From positions 8,825,352-8,889,351 of the forward strand of contig MU053934.1 of NCBI GenBank assembly GCA_013239625.1: a stretch of DNA of 64,000 bases. Reading direction: 5' to 3'. The translations under genes were made by a program, and so were the position numbers. The DNA comes from Lama guanicoe. Taxonomy: Eukaryota. Position 1 is the stretch's first letter; each line of letters starts with the position of its first letter. Under the pieces are notes generated by a model. The model worked only from the letters and a program-made list of their open reading frames with translations, did no database searches and was not told the origin of the DNA. Shown one piece after another: positions 1 to 10,900 of this stretch.

Positions 1-445
1 TACTGGGGTGTCCGCGGTGTGGCTGTCCAGACAAAGTTTAAGTCGCTTATACTTGGCTTCAGGCTGATTTCTCTTAACACTTTCCCTGGAAGTCTTTTAT
101 TTCCTTCATCTTCTTTGGCTGTTGCTCATGTTGATTACTCCTTGGCTGGTGCAGGTGCGGTCAGCGGAGTGTTTGGGGGTGAAAGTGTTAGAAACCTGTC
201 TGAGGTTTGCATTTTCCAGTGGGTGATCTGAGTATGTATGAGCGTTGACTTTTTCTGTGTATGTGCACTGAGTGTAAACAGGGGCACTTTTTCATTCCAA
301 GGCTTTCTACAAAACTCCAGTGCATGCCCCCCCCACACACACAGTTAGACTGTGCTTTCAGTTTCTGTATCAGCTTGCATGGAATTTATCACATTTTCAA
401 GCTCTTAATTTGAACCTTCCTGAACGAGTGCTGTTTTTGTGAAAG

Positions 446-527
446 GTGGAGATGAAGATGAGAACGACGAGCCGCCCAAAGTGGTAGTCACTGAAGTGAA
501 AGAAGAGGATGCTTTTTACTCCAAAAA
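446..527 (+). CDS. NUP50: NUP50 internal coding exon (third from last)
   Basis: aaag|GT acceptor and AA|gtaagt donor; 82 nt translating GGDEDENDEPPKVVVTEVKEEDAFYSK(K), matching recalled NUP50; phase joins the next exon. Confidence 0.95.
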
Positions 528-1991
528 GTAAGTCACCGTCTCGGGAGTCCACTTGACAGACGTGGAAGGAGGCTGTGGCCGGCGTGTGCGGGTGGCGTCC
601 CTGCGGAACTCATTGCACATTCCACCCTGGGGTCAGGCTGTGCTGCTCTTTGAACTGGAACAAGGAAGAATTCTTGGCCTATTTATTTAAAAACAATCCA
701 ATTCCAGAAATTTTCTGCTGGGCGTATCCTACTCTTATCTGTTAATTTAGTTCTTTTCTGCTTTTAAAATGCTTTAAAGACAGTCTTTTCTCTGGTCCTG
801 CCCCGTCTCACTCATCCTCCTCTCTCCTCTCCTCCTCCCTTCTTTCCCCTCCTCCCCGACAGAGACAGTCACTGCTTTCAGGTTCAGTTTTCCTTCTGCT
901 CTTAAATTAGGCAGCATCTCGGATTCCTTCCTGGAGACATCGCTGGCTTTCGTGGATTCTCTCACAGCCAGAAAGTCCTGCGTAGTAACCATCCCTCTCC
1001 CGAGTGATGAGAGCAGTTGGTTTTTTTGTTTTTTGTTTGTTCAGTGAGCTACTTTCAGAAGACAGCTGAAGGGAAGTTTTGAATTAACCTCTCAGTGAAA
1101 TGTAGTTAGTGGTTTTTAACAAAGATACTTACTTGAAAAACATTTGTGCCATTTTAGAAGCTTCCCTGGATATGTTTTTCTAATACAGAAATTTCAGACT
1201 TAACAAGGCAGCTGTTTTCATAGTTTAAGTCACTGTACCCTGTGGGATTCCCAAGTGTTGTTTATTTGTGAGAGCTTTTAAGAGACCAACAATTCCTTTT
1301 ACCTGTTTTAAAATTTAGTTACACAGGTGACCTGAAGGAGTGACCCTGAGTTAAGATCTTTTTCTAGTAAATCAAAGATGCAGGCAGTGGTTTTGATTTG
1401 TCTATTAAAAACCTAAGGCGCTATGTGATGTGTGAGGCTGGGAGGTGTTTGATTGCATTATCATTAGTTAGGCCTTGCTTGAGGGTGTTTTCCAGACTTA
1501 TTTCAGCATCTTGGGACATCAGAAATTGGAGGGGTCCTGAAGAGAATTCAGAAATAAGAAACAGGAAAAGTGGAAAGAGGTGGGGGCGGGGGGCGGACAG
1601 CAGAGTGTCTGTCCTGTGTTTGCTCCTGTTCTTTAAGGACCAAGTCAGCTCTCAGGCTCAGGGCTGAAGGAGCACATCAGGAAGCGTGGGGTGCTTGGCC
1701 GTGACTTTGATTGACTTTTGAGAAAAGATAGTTTCAGAAAGCATTGTTAGAGACTTGTCTGAGGCCCAGTGTGTAATAATGCAGAGAAACGTGGCGGGTC
1801 CTTGACCACCTCACCAGGTGCTCTACCTGGCTCGTGCCCAGACCTGACCTGTGTCGACAGAGGGCTCTTCTAGGCTTCCTCTGCTGCCGCGTTGTAGCGG
1901 ACGTCCGCCACGTGTGAACGGGGCTGTTAGAAAGGTGCGCCTCCTGGTTCGTCGCTGAGTGTCTGATCCTACCTGTTGTTCTTCTCCATAG

Positions 1992-2110
1992 GTGTAAGCT
2001 GTTTTACAAGAAAGACAATGAGTTTAAAGAGAAGGGTGTAGGCACCCTGCATTTAAAGCCTACAGCAAATCAGAAGACACAGCTTTTAGTGCGGGCAGAC
2101 ACCAACTTAG
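1992..2110 (+). CDS. NUP50: NUP50 penultimate coding exon (Ran-binding domain)
   Basis: ccatag|G acceptor, G|gtgggt donor; 119 nt translating [39 protein letters not shown](G), a RanBP1-type motif. Confidence 0.96.
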
Positions 2111-3117
2111 GTGGGTACCTTGTTTTCAAGTGGCACAAAATAACCATGATCCATGGTGTGTGTAAAAGCCCTTGGCCTTGCTGATTTTACTCAGGATTTT
2201 CAGTTGTTGGGGTTTTTTTGGAACGGAATAGAGATGGTTCAGATTCATCCTATATTTACTGATTATTATAGAGTTAGTTTGGATACTGGGGTAACAGTGT
2301 GTGAGAAAACCTGGATGTGCTGTGAGTTATTGCCTAGAAGTAACCAAAATGGTTTTCATTTCCTTTGTATTAGAAATGTGACTAAGAAGCTGTAGGTAAA
2401 CTAGATGGTTTAATAAACCCTCAAGGGGAATTAATCATTTAGAAGAATTCTTTTTATGTAGCAAATGATCACTAACTCAGTGCTATCCACCCTTCACCCC
2501 ACCCTTCAAGCAGTCCTGAAAGGCGGGGGTGGTGCCGGCGGTGGGGGTCTGGAAGTGGGGTTGGTAGTGGCAGATTACACCAGCCTGTGTCACAGAGAGA
2601 AACTTATGTGATGCTGTTTTCTTTCCTGTGGGCTTGACCAATTTGTGATACTGTCACAGTAGTGTCATTCTTACCCCGCGAGTTGCGCTGGCCTCTGTGA
2701 CAGACATTTTTCTGCTGACCTTCCTTTCTTTGTTCCAGTGACAAAGTGAGGACTGCACGTCGGGCCAGCATGGACTGCACGTCGGGCCAGCATGTTTTTC
2801 CTTCAGTGCAGGAGAGCACAGGGTGTTCTCAAGGGCTGCTGGCGTCGTTGCAGGAGACAGGCGGGGGAGGGTAGAAGGCAGCTCCTCAGGCAGGCTAATC
2901 CAGGTCTTGCAGGAAGGCCGCACGCTCCGCTCGGGGGCGCCATGCTGGCATCTGTCAGAACCATGCCCGTTTTTATGACTTTCCTGTGGCTCCTAATTTT
3001 AGATCCAATGAGTATAAGTTGCTTCAGTATTTAATGGGTAACCTATTAAAGCTGTAGTTTCCTGAAGCTAAAGTTTGTATGATTTTGATGTATTTTTTTT
3101 CTTTTGTTGAAATGCAG

Positions 3118-3320
3118 GCAACATTTTGCTCAATGTCCTGATTCCACCCAACATGCCGTGTACCCGCACAGGGAAGAACAATGTGCTCATTGTCTGTGTT
3201 CCAAATCCACCCGTTGATGAGAAGAATGCCGCCGTCCCGGTTGCCATGTTAATTCGGGTAAAAACAAGTGAAGATGCAGATGAGTTGCACAACATTTTAC
3301 TGGGGAAAAAGGATGCCTGA
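3118..3320 (+). CDS. NUP50: NUP50 last coding exon
   Basis: T-rich tract then tgcag|GC acceptor; translates (G)NILLNVLIPPNMPCTRTGKNNVLIVCVPNPPVDEKNAAVPVAMLIRVKTSEDADELHNILLGKKDA*, TGA at 3318-3320. Confidence 0.96.
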
Positions 3321-6300
3321 ACACACTCCGACTGAGTTGTTGTTGCCAAGTCGCTGCTTCCCCCACCACCCCTTAAACTTACTCAGTTTTCTTCTCTTCT
3401 TTGACTTTCTAGAACTTAGAGATAACTTAAAACTTCTGTGAGGAAGATTAATATGGCCAATAAAACCTTTAATGTTAAGTGTCAAGAAACTGTATTCTCC
3501 CTTCTTAAGAACTGTCTAATGTGTAAAACATATTTGAAAGAAAATTTTTGGAAGATTTTTAAGGTTCATTTATTAAACTAACCACAAGTGATTTCTTCAT
3601 GGACTGAAATCAGGGTATTGATTAGATTCTCCCAAAGGCTCTTCCGATCCAGGGGTTTGGTGCCTGTGCCATTGCCGATGAGGCCTGTCACCGAGGTGTG
3701 TCCAGAAGTCAGCGCACCATCTTTCTGTGGGGCCTGGCCCGGCTGCGTGAGGACGGCGCTCCACGGGAACCAGGCCACCGTGCTGTGGCCGACGTTTCTC
3801 CTTTGCTTTATCTTACCGTGTTTTACAGCTGAATGTTCGCCTTCAGCATAGGAATCCTCAGCTTTTTCTGTGCAGACACTGACCTTTATAACCTCCTGGG
3901 CTGCTTTACTGTGATTCTGGAACTGCTTTTTCATTTTAAAAGGAAATGAGTAGCTTGATCTTTGGTTTCATAAGTGAGTTCATGAGGTGCTCTTACTTCT
4001 GTATCCCCCTAGAGACAGATGGTGTGGGGGGGTTGCCAGGAATGAGGTTTAAAAAGCACAAATTTGTAGCTTACAGTTTGTAGGTCATGGACAGTAAACC
4101 CTTGTAAAAGAGTTAAACCATACAACAAAAGGAGGAGAATGTGCTGTTAGTTATTTATGCCATGCTAAACCCTGTGGATCTAAAAACCTACTTAGTAAAG
4201 TCATAGGAGCTTTTATTACACATGAGCCATGTGAACTAACCAGGAAACTCGCAATAAGGTAATGGAAGAGAAAATTATGTGTGTAAGTGTTGCCTTTAAC
4301 TGTTAGACAGCAGTGTATTCTACATTTGATACCTGAAATTGCCATTTACTTTTTTAAGAATAAGGTCTTCTCTCTGTCCATTTGGAAGAGCGCTGTGGTT
4401 GTACACGAGTGCCCGGGCCACCTCCCCGCCGCCGTTCGGTACCCAGCACTAGCGTTGATGACTCTGGGCACATGAACTGGATGTAAATTTTAGTGTTCTA
4501 AATATCCGCTTTCATTCCTCATGAATCATTTAAGGCTGGTACCAGATAATCTTGTTTAAAGGCTCAGGGTCTGTGCCTGAGGGCTCACGCTTGTGTATTC
4601 TGATCGTCAGTACATAATGTCTTTTGACTCAGAATAGTCAAAATAATTGTAGATAGTAGGTTACTTAAAAGAACTGCAATTTTTAGATGTAAAAGGGCAG
4701 GGAAACCATTTTATGATCGAATAATGTTACTCGTAAATACTTGAGGTAAGGTGGCTGGGCCAGCGTTTGTCACGAGATGCTGCTGCTGCTCTGATTCCAG
4801 TGGGAGAATTTGGCCCACGGTGCGACTCTGGGGAGAGACACGCAGAGGTTCGCGTGTGCGTGGTGAGAGGTGGTCAGAGCGGGCTGTGTTGTGAGGCCTA
4901 GGGAGGACGTGGCAGCTGTTGTTGCTTTTACTTTTTAGAAATGAGAATGTTCCTGAGTTTTTATTGGAGATGATTCCTAGTGAACAAGTGGTTGATGCTG
5001 CTAATGTAGTAGTGGCCCTGCCCTGCTCACCTGAGGTTTATGCAGGCGTTGGAAGGATGAGGAAGTGAGGGGAACAAACTTAGCCACTTGGCTTAGCCAG
5101 CCACCTGTGCTCCTGGCCCCGCCAGTCAGCAGGTGAGGCTCACAGGCGTCTTTAGGAGCTCCGGGGTTAGCCTTTCCCTTGGCACGTAATGTGAATGTTC
5201 ACCGAAAATGGCATGAACCACTCATGATTGGATTATTGGATGACCTCTTAACACCGTCCCCACCCCACCATAAAAACAGGTGTGTGTTTTTAATTAGTGA
5301 ATATGTGTGGCGTCCTTTTGTCCTAACATTCCCAGCAAATTCGTGCTGCTAAGACTGTTCTGTTAAACTGAAAATTACAGGGGAGAATGGTGTGTGTACC
5401 GTAAGTCAAAGTATTTTCCTAAAATCACTCTTACGCTTTAGGATCTTTTTGGTCTCCACTTTAATCATGTATTTGTATAAAAGAGCCCAAGTGTATATGG
5501 ATTTCACTGAAAAAACCTAAATCCATGTGTGTTACTGGGGGAGGGGAGTCTGGCCCCTGGAGGGCCCCTCTTCACCCCCACTGTGTAACAGCTCACGTCT
5601 GCCCTGTGGGTTTAGTTAGGTTTATTTTTAACAAATTATTAGAAATTAGGCTTTAAAAGTGTTTAATGTTGACTGAAATTTTTATCTTTAGTTGGGAATC
5701 TCAAGAGTTTCGTAAATGTGGCCTAAAGGTGTATATACCTAAAGGTCTAAGGCAGGCTGTGCTGTAGCCTGACAAATACCGAGTGTCCCAGTGGCCTTTT
5801 CTTATCTGATGTGTGTTCCTCTCCTTCTGAGCATTCCTGTCAAGCAAAAAACTGAGTGTTATGCTGTCTCCATTATTAGAATTACAGGCTGGAAATACGT
5901 ATCATTTTTAGATTGTTTTCCATGGAAAGACAGGTCTGACTCTTTACAGACTGGTTTTCTTTAAAAGGATTGTTTTACAATTTCAGTTCTAAATCATATT
6001 TTTGATATGCTACATGCCAAAAATATCTACCTATTCTAGGGTAGACAAAAAAACCTAATACTCTACTGCTAGAGTTCAAAACAAGTTTTCACTGAAAAAG
6101 CCTTTTTGGTTTAGTTTTAAAGGTATACAGGTTGCTTGTTTCTTAGCATTTGAGTTATTCCTATGTTTTAGAACAATCCAAATGTAAGCGCAGTGCATTT
6201 GAAGACTTTCCAGATTTGCAAATTAAATGGCTTACTCCCAAACCCCTAGGATTCATCCTCACTCTGGAAGTGAGGATTTTAAGTAGAAACTGATTTGTCC

Positions 6301-6630
6301 TCTAGTACCAGTAGGTGACAGTGAGGAGGGGGCCCAGGAGAACTTTCTTCCAGGCACACCTGAGCACGAGGCCGCTCGCTTGTCCGTGGCAATCATGGTG
6401 CGGGCTGAGGACTCCCCGTCTGATGCAGATGCAGTGGTATTAGAGAGGTGAAACTTCTTCACAATCAAATGGATGAATTGTTTGCTATTTTAAATAGGAA
6501 ATTGTTTTCTAAAACTAAAATACTTGAATCGTCAGACAATGTAATCTCAGTTTGTATTGGTTTTTGAATGATCCCATTGAGGAAGTGTAACAATCCAGGA
6601 AATGTGAATAAATGGAAAGAAAACAGAATC
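3321..6630 (+). other. NUP50: NUP50 long 3' UTR (end approximate)
   Basis: AT/GT-rich sequence without obvious repeats after the stop; proximal AATAAA 3459-3464 and ATTAAA 3572-3577, distal AATAAA 6607-6612 followed by a GT/T-rich element. Confidence 0.7.
6607..6612 (+). terminator. Probable distal polyadenylation signal of NUP50
   Basis: AATAAA with upstream TGTA elements and downstream gtgtttgacactttttatgt; composition turns GC-rich right after. Confidence 0.65.
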
Positions 6631-7369
6631 ACAGTGTTTGACACTTTTTATGTCCCTCTGTGCTGCGCGTGGCATTAGTACAAGTCAAGCCGGCTGGAGG
6701 GGAGGAAGTGGCAGCAGCAGGGCCCAGAGGCCTCCGGGCCAGCAGGAAGGAATGCTGGGCAGTGAGACCAGCTCCAGACCATTCAAGAGTTTGTTGAGAC
6801 CGTGTTTTTGCAGATTAGAATGGGAGTAACAGGCCTCTCACTGGCTGTTTTGCTCTAAGCTCGTTATGGTGGCCTCCAGGGTGGGTTTTCCAAAGAAACT
6901 GGAGTCCAGGCAGGTGAGGCGTCTTGCAGACAAGTAAATGGAGTTGGGATCTGTGTCCAGGAGAACTTTTTAAAACTAAGGATCAAAATGATCAAGAAAA
7001 AATATATTTCGAGTTCATGTAACGTAAGTTTTTGGTGATTTGGAAAATGACTGTTGAGGCATTCGTTAACAGATTAAATTGTAGCATAATTGTGATAGTA
7101 TTTTAGTGTCAGGCTCATATTTTTAAAATGTTCCTGAGTAATTCAGCACTTAGCTGATTTATAAGAGGTGTCTCCTGGTAAAGACATTTTTATAAAGACT
7201 AAGTTATCCATCAAAATATTTTTCTTGAACTGATAATATTTAATGGAAACTACTGAAGACACTAAGAGGGTAGGTACTATCCAAGGAGAAAAATGCATCT
7301 CAGACACACAGCCCTGCTCTGGGCACTCAGCTGAATAGTTGGGCTGGCACGGTGGCTCTGCAGTGTGGG

Positions 7370-7600
7370 CCTGGGAGCAGTGACAACACCCAGGGGCTTG
7401 TTGGAAATACAAACTCTGGGCCCCACCCTACAACCTACTGAATCAGAACTTCAGCAGCAGTCTGGGCACGTGTTTTGTTTTTTGTGATACAATTCACATA
7501 CTGCAAAATTTACCCTTTTAACGTGAACAGTACAGTTCCGCTGTTTTTAATACATTGAGAGTTGTGCACCATTACCACTAATTCCAGAACATTTCGATGC
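7370..7600. mobile_element. MER5A-like hAT fragment plus L1M 3'-end fragment (-)
   Basis: ggcccccacctacaacctactgaatcagaac-type MER5A motif; gatacaattcacatactgcaaaatttacccttt is a typical antisense L1M 3' end. Confidence 0.55.
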
Positions 7601-7959
7601 CAGCCATCTGGGTTTTAACAGGTGTTTTGGACACGTGTCAAATTTGCGAACCACTGGGCTACATCTGTATCCCCTCGTGACTTTTGTTTAAAGATGAAAG
7701 GCCGCTTTGGCACGTTTCGGAGGGGAAACAGCAGTGACGGCCACAGTGGCCAGGAGCAATGCCAGCCTTGGCACTTGTCTCCCTCTGACCTGCTGCAGCT
7801 GGGAAGGCAGGTGGTGATTCTGCTTTACGACTCAGAAACCCCTAAGGAGGTGCAGCTTGCAGAGGGGCCAGATCCCTGTGGGTGCCGTCCAGGTTGCCAC
7901 TTAAAGGTATGTATGTGCCCGTTAAAGCACTAAGCTTCTGGTTTCCGAAATGGGCTAAA

Positions 7960-10900
7960 ATCTTTTGAACAAAATTGTTTATTCAAAATACAATCACTGA
8001 AGTTCACTAGAAACCATGGTATTTCAAATTGAGCAACCTAACCGTTTTATTAAAGTCGGATTCCAAGATGAAGACCTCAGTCCACAAGTAAGAAAGAAGG
8101 ATCTCGTTAAACAGGGCTGGCTTCTGCGGAAGCCACGTCAGGAGGGAATGTAATGAAGCTGTAAGCAAAAGGAAAGACACCTGTTGTCTGATTATCCCCA
8201 AACAAATGTTTTCCGTTCCTCATAGAAGTTTTCCAGCTGTCCTGTCATGTTAACAATCAAGCACAAAGCACAGCAGGTTTATACATTCAACATGTATATG
8301 TACAATGAACCGCGTTACCGTGTAGATTAAGTCATTTCACATTTACCCTCCTCCCGGTATACAATTCCCAAGGTTCTCCCTTCCAGTCCACTTTTCCCTA
8401 AGCTGGGCCATGACAGTGGTTCCTAAAAGTGTCTAGGTTGGGATAAAGGAAGTGAAACAGCAGTACAGCCTTGGAGAGCAGGCGTTTAATAGGAACGCAG
8501 TTTACTGCAGGCAGCTTCTGGGGCAGAGACTCTGTCTTACAACAACCTCCTAATTAGTTAACAGCAAGGGGTCGGGGTGACTTGGATGACGAGGAAACCA
8601 TCTTTTTTACCTGCTAAACTGCCTCCTTCCTGACCACCTTGTACAGGCTGCCCTCGGCGATGCCGTGGTTCAGAGAACTCTCCCAGCTCTGGTGTTTCTA
8701 ACGCAATGACTGTTTCTGAGAGATGTCACTTGATGAGATGACCCTTACTGTATTTCCAGATGTCTGTATGTGTTCCTCCCAGAGCCCCCCCTTTTTATTG
8801 TTATTTTCTTTAACTTTCTACAGTATCTTAGGCCTGCCTTGTGCCCATCACCTTATGAGTCCATCTGACCACGGAAAGCAGCAGCCCGCGGCCTGAGCGG
8901 TGCTTCCGGCTATGGCGAACCTGCGACAGCCCCGCAGAGGCCGTCTGAGTGGCGTGTGAGCATTCTCATTGTCAACCTGATGAACTGCAGAGTTGGGAGG
9001 CAACCAAGAGCCACTGTCCAAAACCCATCTTCCCGAAGACCAGGTAGCCTGCTGGGACCTGCTGAAACTTGGGACTCCTTTTATTCTAGTCATTTCTCCA
9101 CTTTTGTGAGGGCTTAAGAGGTTCTCTAGCAAAAGCTTGGGACATTTTACAGTGCAACTGACGGGGTACGTCCTCCTCTATGGGGGCCGAGAGCTGGACC
9201 CGAAACGCTTCTCTGATTTAATTTTGCAGATGCAGCATCTGGCCTAATTGCAACTGCTTGCCTCCAGGCCCCCTTGCTGACTCCCAGGCCTGCCAAAGCC
9301 AGGGTGTAGGGTGGCTTCTGTCTTTTGATAAAGTAACTTGGATAGAGCTCCAAAAAAAGCTTAAGAAATGGAGGGAAATTAAGGTTCAGTCAGTAAGTTA
9401 ACACATTGCTGTAATATCTACACAGTGTTTCATCTGAAACACGCATTAGAGAAAAAAATGACCAGGTGCAGATTCATTAGAGAAGAAAAATAAATAATAC
9501 CCAACATGCAAATCAACTTTCAAAAGAAATGCAAAGGCATAACCACAGCTGGCAGCCACCCACAGACACTGCCTAGGAGCTAGTCTACTGCACGTGGAGG
9601 TGGCTGATCAGAAGCTGCTGACAGTGCCCATGGAAACAGCACTGACAGTGCATCCTTACACAGACAGCGTATGTTGTCATGGTGTTTGTCCTAAAATATA
9701 CTTTGTAGAAATCATTGCAGTTAAGCCTCAAAGTAGTGAAAAATCTCAACAGGTTTGCTTTGCAGGTTTACATATTCTCGTACAGGGAACTCATTTGGAA
9801 ACCATAAAAGATTACTATTTACACCTAAATCACCCAACCTTCTAGGAAGTGGGAAACAAAAGACCGGATACTCCCAGCGGCTCAGCAGAGCCGGGCGTCG
9901 CCGTCAGGCTTGATCTGAGCTCCAGCGTCCGCCTTGGGAAGAGGAGAAAACTGTTAACACGCACACTTTCCTTGCGGCCTCCTCCACTCCTGAGGCTCCA
10001 CCCGCTCCGGACCCCCTAGCCCAACCCAGGCCGCTGGGCGTTCAAGTGACCTGGCTTCTGCGTGGTCTCAGGAGCTCCCCAGGGCCGTCTGTTCCAGGGC
10101 TCATAAGAAGGGCTGCAGGATGCCTTTTCCACTGAAGGCCACGTCAGTGCCAGGTCAGCCAGTGAAAAGGGACAAAGGAAAGAGGCCCCAGCGCCCGTCA
10201 CCCATCCCCCGACTCCCGGAGGGACGGGGTGGGACTCTGGCCGCCTGGCCCGGAGCAGTGCTGCTGGAGGGGTCCAAAGGCTCCCTCCACTCGGGCTCCA
10301 GGGCCAGGTGTCGGCTGGCCCTTACATTCTTCTGAGAGTCTGCGTCCTTTCGGGGGGTTACCTCCTTAAAGAGAAGCAATTCTGCACTCTGATACAACAT
10401 AATTCAAAAGATACTTGGTTTTTGAAACTGGATATGAAACTAAATTTCAGCTAAATTGGAAAACTGAACAGAATATATGTACATCAGAGTGAAACCTATT
10501 AATAAGGCTCATTAAAAAGTTGACTTTTATATGTAAATCTTAGAAGAATTTTGGCCAGCAATTTAAAACCACCATAGGATGATAATGTCAAATACATTTT
10601 TCAAAAGTTAGAATATACTAACTGCACAGGGACTTCCCTGTGGAATGTCTTTAAATGGAAAAAAAAAGTTTCACATCATTCTTCAAAGGAGTCTACTGAC
10701 TAGTTTGTCTGTGATAAACAGCAAAATAGATCGTGGTTTGATTCTAGCTAGATTCTTTTTGGGGGCGGGGGGCCACATCAGGAACGGGCCTTTCTGGCAT
10801 TACCATCATCATCCACGTGGAGAGAAGCCTAATTGAGTCCTGATGATCTGTTCACAGTCCTTGAAAAGCCCAGATGTTAGCAAGGCTCTGACGTGTCAGG

